A DNA stretch of 64,000 nt from Planktothrix sp. GU0601_MAG3 (GTDB lineage: Bacteria > Cyanobacteriota > Cyanobacteriia > Cyanobacteriales > Microcoleaceae): NCBI GenBank assembly GCA_035193785.1, contig CP136572.1, positions 3,540,578 through 3,604,577 of the forward strand, written 5' to 3'. This document shows, one piece after another, positions 1-11,917 of the stretch (positions are counted from its first letter, which is position 1; every line of letters begins with the position of its first letter). The notes under the pieces were generated by a model, which saw only the letters and a program-made list of their open reading frames with translations, did not search any database and was not told the DNA's origin. The translations under genes were made by a program, and so were the position numbers.

Positions 1-161
1 TTGGGATTAGTGTAATTGTGATTTTCGGATATTATTTACTTTCTTTTATTACCGGAGCATTAGGTCAAAAAGAAATTCTAACTCCCTTTTTTGCAGCTTG
101 GTCACCTACATTTTTAGGAATTGGAATTGCGAGTTTTTTATTGGTTCGTTCTTCCAAGTAA
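1..161 (+). CDS. 3' end of LptF/LptG (YjgP/YjgQ) family permease, truncated by window edge
   Basis: Frame from nt 3 reads GISVIVIFGYYLLSFITGALGQKEILTPFFAAWSPTFLGIGIASFLLVRSSK*, the typical AAWxP C-terminal TM region; stop at 159-161. Confidence 0.75.
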   Translation, partial: GISVIVIFGYYLLSFITGALGQKEILTPFFAAWSPTFLGIGIASFLLVRSSK

Positions 162-203
162 TATCATTAATAAATCACAACTTAGAAACCTTTAAATTTC
201 TAA

Positions 204-1919
<1,716 letters not shown>

Positions 1920-2022
1920 AGGACAGCACCCCACCCATGGACAATTAGACCCGACCGGGTGCCATTCTAATTCCCTGTTTAATTCTTAGGCTGAATTATC
2001 CTAGAATTGTTAACTTAAACCG

Positions 2023-3394
2023 CAGGGAAGTCCCCCGCTCTACAATAACCCAGGTGAGCGATGGGATGAAAGGCGGGTCAACGTAGGTACGGAGTTGACC
2101 AAATCTTTTGTCAGTATTATGTAGTAAGATATTCAGACCAAGAGGTGCAAATCGAGTGCTACACAAAGCTGTACAAGTCCGTCTGTATCCAACTGCATTG
2201 CAAGAAGCACATCTCGCCCAAACATTTGGATGTTCGCGCTGGTGGTGGAATTATGCTTTAAATAAATCGATTCAGGTTTATCAAGATACGGGTTCATGTC
2301 TGGGACAGGTAGCACTCAACGCCCTACTACCTAAACTCAAAAAAGCCGAAGATACCCTGTGGTTAGCTAATTGTTATAGTCAGGTTTTACAATCTACAAC
2401 ACTTAATTTAACCACTGCTTACAAAAACTTTTTTGAGCAACGTGCAGGTTTCCCTAAGTTTAAATCTAAACATGGTAAACAGTCAATTCAATACCCTCAA
2501 AATGTCAAAATTGTTGATGGTAATGTCAAACTTCCTGGCAATATTGGGATAGTCAAAGCTAAAATACATAGACCAATTGCAGGGAAAATCAAGACTGTAA
2601 CTGTTAGTAAAACACCATCAGGCAAATATTTGGCATCTATCCTGACAGAAATTGAAGGAGAAAATCCCACTATTTCAGAAGGTAAAATCTATGGTATTGA
2701 CTTAGGAATCAAACACTTTGCCGTTGTTACTGATGGTGAAAAGGTTTCTAAATATGACAATCCTAAACATCTTGCTAAACATGAGAAAAATCTCAAACGC
2801 AAACAGAAGAAATTAGCGCGTAAACAAAAGGGGAGTAAATCCAGAAATAAATATCGTCAAGTTGTGGCCAAACTGTACGAACGAGTGAGTAATTCTCGGC
2901 AAGATTTTTTACATAAACTTAGTCATAAGTTGGTCAGCGATAGCCAAGCTGTTATAGTAGAAAATCTTCCTGTCAAAGGCATGGTTCGTAATCACAATTT
3001 GGCAAAAGCAATATCTGATGCAGGATGGGGAACTTTCAACAATTTCTTAGCTTACAAACTAGAACGAAAAGGCGGTAAGTTAGTGGAGATTGATAGATGG
3101 TTTCCCAGTTCCAAACTCTGTTCTAATTGTTTCTATCAAGTCAGTCAGATGCCATTGGATGTTCGTGAATGGACTTGTCCTGATTGTGGTACTGATCATG
3201 ATCGGGATGGAAACGCAGCTATGAATATTAGAGCAGAGGGTATCAGAATCCTAAAGACGGATGGTTTCAGCCGTTTCTGCTGTAGGAGGGGAGGTAAGAC
3301 CAAAAGGGGGATGCAAGTCCGTCTTGAGGCATTCGCCTGTGAGTACAGAAGTCCACACTGTACTTGGTACTCCAAGTCAGTGTGGGTAGTTCAC
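2023..3394 (+). mobile_element. IS200/IS605-family element carrying tnpB only (IS1341-like); left end approximate
   Basis: Subterminal hairpins at both ends (CGCTC..GAGCG ~2035-2060; GGTCAAC..GTTGACC 2076-2100; CCACACTG..CAGTGTGG 3353-3385); right end GTAGTTCAC ending at 3394; no tnpA. Confidence 0.8.
2156..3389 (+). CDS. tnpB: RNA-guided endonuclease TnpB (extra T at 3264-3268 alters the C-terminus in the ORF track)
   Basis: N-terminal VRLYPT..FGCSRWWWN, RuvC residues GIDLG / IVENL / HDRD, Zn finger CSNC..CPDC; AGAGGTG SD before GTG 2156; corrected end DGSAVSAVGGEVRP...SQCG* abuts TTCAC. Confidence 0.93.
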
Positions 3395-3577
3395 TTCAGT
3401 CAGAAAGAAAGAGCAGGGGCATAAATTTCTAATTTCAGAGGAGATTTTGATCCTATCTAATCGTTAATTATTCTATAATGATGCAGAATGGGTAAGCGAT
3501 CATTGTCCTCTGGTCTGTTGATCCGATTTACAAGCGAGTTGAGTCCCGGGAAGGATTCACAGGTCTGAGGAGGTTCT

Positions 3578-3997
3578 GTGGCGTACTGGATCAAAATGAA
3601 TTATGAGCGAGAAACCTATCTTGTTGATCTCGATAGTGTAAGTGCGTTCGCGTCTGGATTTAATAAACGGATTGCCTTTTGGTTGCCAGCTAATGGCAAA
3701 CAAATGATTATTAACCATCAAATTAATCCCAAAACCTATGAGGATATTTTAGGGTATATTCAAAGAATTACAACCCATTGCCCAACGAACTATTGGGTTA
3801 GAATTGTTTATGACCGTCACGAATATATTATTGACTTGAATCGTCTTAACACCTTTGTAATTGATTCGAGCCAACGCATTACATTTTGGCTTCCCGACGG
3901 TAAAGAACCCGTTATTATTAACCCTCAAACCAATGCTGAAGCCTATTCTAAAATTTTAGATTTTATTCACAATAAAACCGGGCATTCTTTGCCATAA
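3578..3997 (+). CDS. Hypothetical protein made of two ~70 aa tandem repeats
   Basis: GAGGAGG SD; YWIKMNYERETYLVDLD..RIAFWLP..IINHQINP repeated as YWVRIVYDRHEYIIDLN..RITFWLP..IINPQTNA. Confidence 0.8.
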   Translation: MAYWIKMNYERETYLVDLDSVSAFASGFNKRIAFWLPANGKQMIINHQINPKTYEDILGYIQRITTHCPTNYWVRIVYDRHEYIIDLNRLNTFVIDSSQRITFWLPDGKEPVIINPQTNAEAYSKILDFIHNKTGHSLP

Positions 3998-3999
3998 AG

Positions 4000-4322
4000 G
4001 AATTACGAATTACGAATTACGAATTACGAATGGGTAATGGGTAATGGGTAATGGGTAATGGGTAATGGGTAATGGGTAATGGGTAATGGGTAATGGGTAA
4101 TGGGTAATAACAAGAGTTTACCTCCCCTGCCTCCCCTGCTCCCTGCTCCCCCTGCCTCCCCTGCTCCCCCTACTCCCCCTGCCTCCCCTGCTCCCCCTAC
4201 TCCCCCTGCTCCCCCTGCCTCCCCTACTCCCCTACTCCCCTACTCCCCTACTCCCCTACTCCCCTACTCCCCCTGCCTCCCCTGCCTCCCCTGCTCCCCT
4301 CAACCCCTCAACCCCTCAACCC
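4000..4322 (+). repeat. Composite tandem repeat (GAATTAC)n-(GGGTAAT)n-linker-(CTCCCCTGC-like)n, copy 1
   Basis: Directly visible heptamer and 8-9-mer arrays joined by AATAACAAGAGTTTAC. Confidence 0.95.
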
Positions 4323-5252
4323 CTTTGTCGCCAAAGTTTAATTGTTCCATCCGTACTTCCACTAACAATTAAATCTTCAGAAGGACTATAAACCACCGTC
4401 CCAATCCCACCTGTATGACCAGTGAGGGTCTGAATTGATTCTGATTGGTTTCCGACCTGTAAATTTGGGCTGATTTGCCATAGCATTAAGGTTTGATCCT
4501 GACTCCCACTCACTAAAATTTCACCGTTTGGAGAAAAAGCCAGGGATTTCACAGCACCCGTATGACCAGGGAAAGTTACTAACTCTTGACCAATTTCCAG
4601 CCACCAGAGTTTAATGGTTTTGTCCTCACTTCCCGTGGCTACGGTTAAACCATCGGGACTAAAAGCCACTGACCAAACGGGGAAGGAATGACCGACTAAA
4701 AGAGCATCGGAATATCGGTGATCCAAACTCCATAATCCCACCGTCCCATCTCCACAGCCACTGGCCAAGAACAAACCATCGGGACTAAAAGCTAATGACC
4801 AAATCGGAAAGGAATGGGCTTTAAAAGGGGGCAGAGGTTGATTAGAGGTTAAATCCCAAAACCCAATCATGCCGTCAAAACTGCCCGCAGCCAAAAGTTG
4901 GCCATTGGGGCTAAAGGCTAAAGAACAAATGGGAAACCGATAGTCCTAAGTCCAATACTTGATTTTGGCGAGTGATTATATTCCAAAGATGAACATTTTT
5001 GTCAGATTCAATCGCTAGTATGGGAGAATTTGGACTGAATGTTAACCCATAGCCAGAATATTCTCGGTCTAAATTCTCAGCTAGAATGATAGGTTTGCAG
5101 GGGGTTTTCAAGTTATAGATTTGTAAAGTGGTGTCATCACTGCGACTGGCAATAAGTTGGCCATCACAACTAATCGCAACCACTCGTACTGCATCGGAAT
5201 GGATAGGAAGGGTATCACAACATTCCCAATTTAAAAGTTGAGGCTGTAGCAT
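4316..5252 (-). CDS. WD40 repeat protein (apparent frameshift at 4933-4937)
   Basis: Multiple GH..V.S.AFSPDG..LA.GS.D.T.KLW repeats; removing one base gives [22 protein letters not shown]. Confidence 0.9.
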
Positions 5253-5270
5253 ATTGAAGGAGTTAATCTC

Positions 5271-6308
5271 TTGAAACTAGCAGACTGGATCGGGTTTCTT
5301 TGTTTAATTATTGCTTTAATTATTCTATGGCAGTTTAGGCAGATATTACTGCTGGTGTTTACATCGGTTGTTTTCTCAATTGCGATTAATAGTTTAGTAC
5401 GTCGTATACAACGGTTTGGACTCGGGCGAGGGTGGGCTGTTCTCGTGTCCCTAACTTTAATTTTGGTCATAGGTGCGGTGTTAATTAGTATGGTCTTACC
5501 TCCGTTTTGGGGGCAGTTTCAAGAACTAATTAAACTGGTTCCCATCGGATACGATAAATTTCTAGTTTGGCTGAACAATCTGATTAAAAATCCTCCCATT
5601 TGGCTTCCAAATCTGAATATTGAACTGCCGAATGTTACTCAAATAGCGCAACAAGTTGGGCCTTTCGCCCAAAGGCTATTAGGAAATTTCTTTGCGTTCT
5701 TTTCTAACTCGATTGGTAATTTTTTACAGTTTTTATTGGTATTAATATTTACCTTGATGTTGTTAGCAGATCCTTTGTCCTATCGTCAAGGATTTGTGCG
5801 TCTATTTCCCTCATTTTATCGCCATCGGGCAGATTATATTCTATCCCAATGTGAAATAGTTCTGTTGCAATGGATGGGGGGTATTGTGATTACTTCCACC
5901 TTTGTTGCTGTCTTGAGTGGGATCGGTCTATTAATTTTGGGGGTTCCCTTTGTTTTTGCCCATGCTCTATTGGCGGGAATTTTTAACTTTGTCCCTAATA
6001 TTGGCCCAACAGCCAGTGTTATTTTTCCCGTTGCGGTTGCCTTATTAGATACACCCTGGAAAGCCTTGGCAGTAATTATCTTATACGTTATTATTCAAAA
6101 CTTAGAAAGCTATTGGTTTAGTCCCCTAATCATGCAAAAACAGGTTGATCTGTTACCCGCGATTACCTTAATAGCCCAAATATTTTTTGCCACCTTTTTC
6201 GGCGTGTTAGGTTTAGTTTTAGCTTTACCCCTAACCGTCGTTAGTAAAATTTGGATTCAAGAACTTTTACTCAATGATTTATTAGATCAATGGAAATTAG
6301 GTGATTAG
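5271..6308 (+). CDS. AI-2E family (PerM-like) transporter
   Basis: Multi-TM; FNFVPNIGP, IQNLESYWFSPLIM, GVLGLVLALPL motifs. Confidence 0.9.
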   Translation: MKLADWIGFLCLIIALIILWQFRQILLLVFTSVVFSIAINSLVRRIQRFGLGRGWAVLVSLTLILVIGAVLISMVLPPFWGQFQELIKLVPIGYDKFLVWLNNLIKNPPIWLPNLNIELPNVTQIAQQVGPFAQRLLGNFFAFFSNSIGNFLQFLLVLIFTLMLLADPLSYRQGFVRLFPSFYRHRADYILSQCEIVLLQWMGGIVITSTFVAVLSGIGLLILGVPFVFAHALLAGIFNFVPNIGPTASVIFPVAVALLDTPWKALAVIILYVIIQNLESYWFSPLIMQKQVDLLPAITLIAQIFFATFFGVLGLVLALPLTVVSKIWIQELLLNDLLDQWKLGD

Positions 6309-6435
6309 GGGGGAGTAGGGGAGGTAAACTCTTTCTATTAACCATAACCAATTCGTAATTCGTAATTCGTAATTCGTAATTCGTAATTACCCATTACCCA
6401 TTACCCATTACCCATTACCCATTACCCATTACCCT
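6308..6435 (-). repeat. Composite tandem repeat, short inverted copy 2
   Basis: GGGGAGTAGGGGAG-GTAAACTCTTTCTATT-(TTCGTAA)n-(TTACCCA)n. Confidence 0.9.
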
Positions 6436-6459
6436 TTTTATAATTACCCAAGGAAAAAA

Positions 6460-7071
6460 ATGGTTGATCCCTATACGAATTATGACTCGAATTCTCCTGA
6501 TGTTCATGAAATTGCCCAAGATTTTCGTCGTTTGGGTTATCTGGGGTTTTGGGTACAATCTATCTTGGCAATCATTCCGATATTGCTTTTAATTTTTGTC
6601 CTGTTTTTAAGACCTGCTTCCCCTTCTAATTCTCACAATTCAGCCTTGGTTCTAGTTTTAGGATATGGCTGTTTATTTGCTTTAATTTTTACAATTTATT
6701 GGTGTTTCCGATATACTCAAATTGGCAGTAAATTAGAAGACCCGAATGAACGCCCCCCGAAGGCAGAAGTAGTTCATGCCCTATGGATTGGAATTGTGAT
6801 TAATCTGATTGGTATGACCTGTGTAATTCTAGTAGGTTTCTTAATTGTGGGAACCTTATTGTATAGGATGCTGACCTTACCCCCGGGAGGGTCTAAAATC
6901 CTGACTCCAACTCCGGGGACAACGGTTTTGAATCCAGGTTCTATTGTCACCCCGTTCAATTTAATTGCAATTCAGGCTATGCTCAGTGCCATGGCTGCGG
7001 AGGTAATCGGAATTGCCGTGAGTTTGTGGTTATTAACTCGTGTCGGTTCCCATCAGTCTCATCTCGAATAG
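6460..7071 (+). CDS. DUF3611 family membrane protein
   Basis: IAQDFRRLGYLGFWVQ start, four TM helices, FRYTQIG..RPPKAEV motif. Confidence 0.75.
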   Translation: MVDPYTNYDSNSPDVHEIAQDFRRLGYLGFWVQSILAIIPILLLIFVLFLRPASPSNSHNSALVLVLGYGCLFALIFTIYWCFRYTQIGSKLEDPNERPPKAEVVHALWIGIVINLIGMTCVILVGFLIVGTLLYRMLTLPPGGSKILTPTPGTTVLNPGSIVTPFNLIAIQAMLSAMAAEVIGIAVSLWLLTRVGSHQSHLE

Positions 7072-7132
7072 AGACTCTGTATTTATCAATTTGTTTGCTG
7101 TTGTTCATAAGCACCAGAATGGAGTCTAAGTT

Positions 7133-8078
7133 ATGTCACAATCTCTGATTTCTGCGATTATTTGTACCCACAATCGAGAAAAATATTTGGGTTTAGCAAT
7201 TGATAGTTTACTGCAACAAGATTTTACTGATTTTGAAATTATTGTTGTTGATAATGCTTCAACGGATGGAACTCGTCAAGTAGTTGAAACCCGTCTTCCG
7301 AATCCTAAACTGCGATATGTTCATGAACCAGTTACAGGGTTATCCGTAGCTCGGAATACAGGGGCAAAAAACTCCCAAAGCCCCATTATCGCCTATTTAG
7401 ATGATGATGCCATTGCCACACCTCAATGGTTAAGAGTGTTATATTCAGCTTATGAAAATCACCCAAAACTGGCAATTGCTGGGGGGAAAGTCACATTGAT
7501 TTGGCCAGAGGGAATCACTCCCCCACCTTGGTTGTCTGATAATTTAGCCGGAAATTTGGGTGCATACGATTTGGGAGACCAGTGGGTTGAAATTCAAAAT
7601 CCTGGTTTGACACCCAGAGGGTTAAATTATTCCATCCGTCGCAGTTTCTTAGAGAAAATTGGCGGTTTTGATGTCAATTTAGGTCGAGTGGGAAAACGGT
7701 TATTATCTAACGAAGAATTACAGATGACTGAACTTGCCCTCAAACAAGGTTGGCAAGTCGCTTATATTCCTGAAGCGTTAGTTGCCCACCATGTTGCACC
7801 GGAAACGGGTCAACCGAGCTTGGTTTATGGAGCGGGGATGGTGGCAAGGCATTAGCGAATGTTATCGGGAACAGTTAGCAGGGCGGGATGGAATTGTGCA
7901 ACTGGGACGAGGTGGGGAACGGATTATCCGAGGGTTGTACAAAACCATTAAATATTTTGATAATCCTGCCTTACAATTTGATAATTTCGTGTATGCTTAT
8001 GGTCAAATCGGTTATTTGGGTGCTGCAATTTCTGGTTTAGTTCATTCTGAATCTAAACTAGAGAATTCTCAAAAATAA
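7133..8078 (+). CDS. Glycosyltransferase family 2 (apparent frameshift at 7802-7806)
   Basis: ISAIICTHNR, VVDNASTD, GLSVARNTG, YLDDDA; rejoined PERVNRAWF. Confidence 0.9.
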
Positions 8079-8122
8079 ATTGCCATCGTAGTCAATCATT
8101 TTATCTATTGTTAAGTTTAACT

Positions 8123-9049
8123 ATGAATTCTAACCCATCTAAACTTCCCGTTTCTGTGTTGATTCCGGCTAGAAATGAACAGTCTAATTTACCTGCCTGT
8201 TTAGCGAGTGTAGCCCGGGCTGATGAGATTTTTCTTGTTGATTCCCAAAGTAGCGATCGCAGTGTGGAAATCGCCGAAGATTATGGGGCTAAGGTGGTTC
8301 AATTTTATTTTAAAGGAGGATGGCCGAAAAAGAAAAATTGGTCATTAGAAACCTTACCCTTTAAAAATGAATGGGTGTTAATTGTAGATTGTGATGAAAG
8401 AATTACCTCTGAATCTTGGGATGAAATTGCGGAAGTAATCAAAAACCCAGAATATACGGGATATTATATTAATCGTCGGGTCTTCTTTTTAGGAACTTGG
8501 ATTCGTCACGGGGGCAAATATCCCGACTGGAATTTGCGTTTATTCAAGCATAAATTGGGCCGTTATGAAAACTTAAATACGGAAGATGTTCCCAATACTG
8601 GCGATAATGAAGTTCATGAACACGTTGTCATGTCTTCGGGTCAAGTGGGATATCTAAAAAATGATATGCTCCATGAAGATTTTCGAGATTTATTCCACTG
8701 GATTGAACGCCATAATCGTTATTCTAATTGGGAAGCTCGGGTTTATTACAATACTTTGATGGGGACGGATGATAGCAAAACTATCGGTGCTGATCTATTT
8801 GGAGATTCGGTTCAACGCAAACGGTTTTTAAAGAAAATTTGGGTGAGATTACCCTTTAAACCCTTGCTAAGATTTATTATATTCTATATCATCCGCTTGG
8901 GATTCTTAGATGGTAAAGCCGGATATATTTACGGCCGTCTTTTGAGCCAATATGAATATCAAATCGGGGTGAAATTATTTGAATTACGGACATTTGGCGG
9001 GCAGTTAAATGTTACCCCAAAACCTGTTAATCCCCCGATTCCCCATTAA
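8123..9049 (+). CDS. Glycosyltransferase family 2
   Basis: SVLIPARNE, VDSQSSD, VDCDE, YPDWNLRLF, EVHEH. Confidence 0.9.
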   Translation: MNSNPSKLPVSVLIPARNEQSNLPACLASVARADEIFLVDSQSSDRSVEIAEDYGAKVVQFYFKGGWPKKKNWSLETLPFKNEWVLIVDCDERITSESWDEIAEVIKNPEYTGYYINRRVFFLGTWIRHGGKYPDWNLRLFKHKLGRYENLNTEDVPNTGDNEVHEHVVMSSGQVGYLKNDMLHEDFRDLFHWIERHNRYSNWEARVYYNTLMGTDDSKTIGADLFGDSVQRKRFLKKIWVRLPFKPLLRFIIFYIIRLGFLDGKAGYIYGRLLSQYEYQIGVKLFELRTFGGQLNVTPKPVNPPIPH

Positions 9050-9052
9050 TTT

Positions 9053-9619
9053 ATGCTGCAAGAAAAAACGAATTTTGTGGATTTACGCCAATATGATCAA
9101 TCCAATTTTGATCGGGGAAAACCGGGTTGGTTTGTATTGTTATGGTGGTTAGTGCAAGCGATCGCATTTCCCCTCAGCTTACATCCGTTTAATGGCATAC
9201 GCTGTCAAATCCTGCGGTTATTTGGCGCCAAGGTGGGTCAGGGGGTGATCCTGCGTCCCACAGCCCGGTTTACCTATCCTTGGAAAGTAACCATCGGGGA
9301 TTACAGTTGGATTGGGGATGATGTGGTGTTTTATAGTTTAGATGAAATTACCGTAGGGGAACATTGCGTGATTTCCCAAAAGAGTTATTTATGCACCGGA
9401 GGTCACGATATTAAAGATCCTGGGTTTGAATTACAAACTGCTCCAATTATTATTGAAGATGGTGTTTGGGTGGGGATGGATTGTTTTGTTGGGCCAGGGG
9501 TTAAAATTGGTGCAAATTCAGTGATTGGGGCGCGTAGTAGTGTGTTTAAAAGTATGCCCCCCGGCCAAGTTTGTATCGGTTCTCCTTGTCGTCCCTGTTA
9601 TCCCAGACCGATGCACTAA
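9053..9619 (+). CDS. wcaF: WcaF-like hexapeptide-repeat acetyltransferase (exopolysaccharide)
   Basis: LRLFGAKVG, YPWKVTIGDYSWIGD, LCTGGHD, IGARSSVFK. Confidence 0.8.
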   Translation: MLQEKTNFVDLRQYDQSNFDRGKPGWFVLLWWLVQAIAFPLSLHPFNGIRCQILRLFGAKVGQGVILRPTARFTYPWKVTIGDYSWIGDDVVFYSLDEITVGEHCVISQKSYLCTGGHDIKDPGFELQTAPIIIEDGVWVGMDCFVGPGVKIGANSVIGARSSVFKSMPPGQVCIGSPCRPCYPRPMH

Positions 9620-9626
9620 TCTAAGG

Positions 9627-9655
9627 GAATTACGAATTATGAATTACGAATTACG
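9627..9655 (+). repeat. (GAATTAC)4 heptamer array between convergent genes
   Basis: GAATTACGAATTATGAATTACGAATTACG. Confidence 0.85.
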
Positions 9656-9664
9656 CATGGGGGA

Positions 9665-10778
9665 CTAAGAATTAATAATTCCGTTTCCCCCTAGTTTTAA
9701 TCCCGTTTGAGTTTCCGAATGTCTTTCTAGGGCAAATTGGATTAATTGATGCACCAATTCAGGAAAAGCAACTCCCGTTGCTGCCCACAGTTGGGGATAC
9801 ATACTCGTAGCAGTAAAACCCGGGAGAGTATTAATTTCATTAATGAAAATTTCTCCGGTTTTTTCCACATAGAAAAAGTCAACCCGTCCTAACCCGGCGG
9901 CATCAACAGCTAAAAAGGCTTGAACCGCCATTTCTTTAATTTTATTGGCTATTTCATCGCTAATTTTTGCCGGGATAAATAGATCGGCTTTACCCTCGGT
10001 ATATTTGGTTTCATAATCATAGAAATCACTATTAAAGGTAATTTCTCCAACGACGGAAGCCTTGGGTCTATCGGTTCCTAATACGGCACATTCCACTTCC
10101 CTAGCAATGACTCCCGCTTCTACAATAATCCGTCGATCATAACTGGCTGCGTTATCTAAAGCGGCTTCTAATTCTTGACGGTTTCTGACTTTAGAAATAC
10201 CGACGGATGAACCTAAATTAGCAGGTTTGACAAAACAGGGATAACCTAATTCCGCTTCTAATTCGTCACATAATTTAGGGAAAATACAGGGGTTGGAATA
10301 AATTTGCGATCGCGTCACAAGTTTATATTTAACTTGGGGTAAACCCGCTTGAGCAAATGCCATTTTCATCGCAATTTTATCCATGCCAATTGCCGAACCC
10401 AAAACCCCAGAAACCCACAAAGGGAACCTGCATTAAAGTTAATAACCCTTGAATAGTTCCATCCTCTCCATTCGGCCCGTGTAAAATGGGAAACCAAAGG
10501 TCAATTTCTGATAAATTAATATTTTGGGGAATGCGATCGCCCGGTTGAGCTTCATCGTCAATTAAGAGGGGTTTTCCTGACTCTAAAACCTGTTGAGCAA
10601 TGGTGCTATCTTTCCAAACCCCATTTTTTTGAATATATACGGGTAGCAGTTCGTATCGAGTTGTATTTTCATCAGTTGTTAAGGCTTTGGCGATCGCCCT
10701 AGCAGAACTAATTGAAACTTCATGCTCCCCAGAACACCCACCAAATAATAATCCCACCCGTAATTTATTCATAATCAT
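9665..10778 (-). CDS. ddl: D-alanine--D-alanine ligase (apparent frameshift at 10410-10414)
   Basis: [49 protein letters not shown]. Confidence 0.96.
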
Positions 10779-10858
10779 CGGAATCAGTAAACAGTAAACA
10801 GTTATCAGTTATCGGCGTCAGAGTCAATCTAAATCTTATTAAACTCCGAAACAGATTC

Positions 10859-10915
10859 AAATCCGTGAAATCCGTGCAATCCTCTTAAATCCGTGATCCC
10901 TATTACCCATTACCT
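10859..10915 (-). repeat. Half copy of the ATCACGGATTTAA inverted-repeat element plus TTACCCA heptamers
   Basis: AAATCCGTGAAATCCGTGCAATCCTCTTAAATCCGTGATCCCTA is nearly the exact reverse complement of 27512-27555. Confidence 0.8.
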
Positions 10916-11313
10916 ATTTTTTGAATTTTCGGTAATTTTAAACCTTGGATAGTACCTTGGGGCTGCATCAAGGGTAAAAACTCCTCCACCTTTTCGGCTC
11001 CGGCTATTTGCAATGCTTTGAGAAGTTGGCTGGTTTCATCCATCAACTGTTCTACATTAATCCCACTATAATCGGGATAATAATAGTCCAATTTTCCTAG
11101 TCCTTCCCCCATCAAAATCACAGCCCCTTTCCAATTTTTTTGGCTTAAATGATACAATCCGACGGCAATTTGTAAAACCCCTTGATAGAATTTTTTCTCC
11201 AGTTGTGGTGCTTCCATCCACAAAGCCTCTAAGGTGTCGTGACAAGCATAGAATTGTTGTTGATTAAATTCTTCAACTCCTTGCCAAAACTCCTGGGGAA
11301 TTTCCTCTTGCAT
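10903..11313 (-). CDS. DUF309 domain protein
   Basis: FNQQQFYACHDTLEALW, YQGVLQIAVGLYH. Confidence 0.88.
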   Translation of the reverse strand: MQEEIPQEFWQGVEEFNQQQFYACHDTLEALWMEAPQLEKKFYQGVLQIAVGLYHLSQKNWKGAVILMGEGLGKLDYYYPDYSGINVEQLMDETSQLLKALQIAGAEKVEEFLPLMQPQGTIQGLKLPKIQKIGNG

Positions 11314-11416
11314 GGATTTAAACTCCTAACCCAAAACCAGATATGAGTAAGAATTTACTAACTCTATCTTTTCCTAAAATCAAACACCTAACACCGACAC
11401 CAATAACCAATAATTC

Positions 11417-11780
11417 TCACATTGTGGAGCGAACTTCTTCAATTTCTTCTAGGGAAATTTTTTGTTGATCTCCAGCAAAATCATTGTCAGGGGTTAGGAA
11501 TAGCATACAATGACATTCTTTGCGTTCTCGCATGGGAACACAGGGACAATTCCAAAACGTATTTTTGACTTCAGCCTCCTTATCTTCATAATGACGACAG
11601 GGACAAAGAGGTGCTCCCAAGTCGTCTTTATGTTTCGCCAAACCCTCAATCACAACAGCAGTAACCGAAGGTTTCAGCGCAGAAGTAAGTTCCCGTCCGT
11701 CTGGCGTACTGTTCAGAGAACTGCTTCATCGCCATTAAGCTCTTTTCAGTGGCTAATTTATCGTTAGTTTTTGGGGTCAT
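11417..11780 (-). CDS. ftrC: Ferredoxin-thioredoxin reductase catalytic subunit (apparent frameshift at 11671-11675)
   Basis: FSEQYARRTGTYFC, LCPCRHY, WNCPCVPMRERKECHCMLF. Confidence 0.95.
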
Positions 11781-11917
11781 GGATCGGCGTGTCATTTGTA
11801 TAACAATATTATTTTGATTGTACCGCAAGGGGTGTCAATTTTGAAAAAAACCGCAGAAAGGATCGATAAAACTACAGACGAAAAAATTAATTAATCCTGA
11901 TTAATGGACTAAAAATT

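Noticed and set aside
3389..3424. TnpB C-terminal extension beyond the element end, as in the ORF track
   Set aside because: It arises from the extra T at 3264-3268; the corrected frame stops at 3389, just inside the TTCAC right end.
4100..4372. Pro/Leu-rich ORF (also 38643-39071, 38698-38931, 54793-55155, 54897-55142)
   Set aside because: These are translations of the tandem repeat arrays; the collagen-like or RGG-like look is a by-product of 9-mer periodicity.
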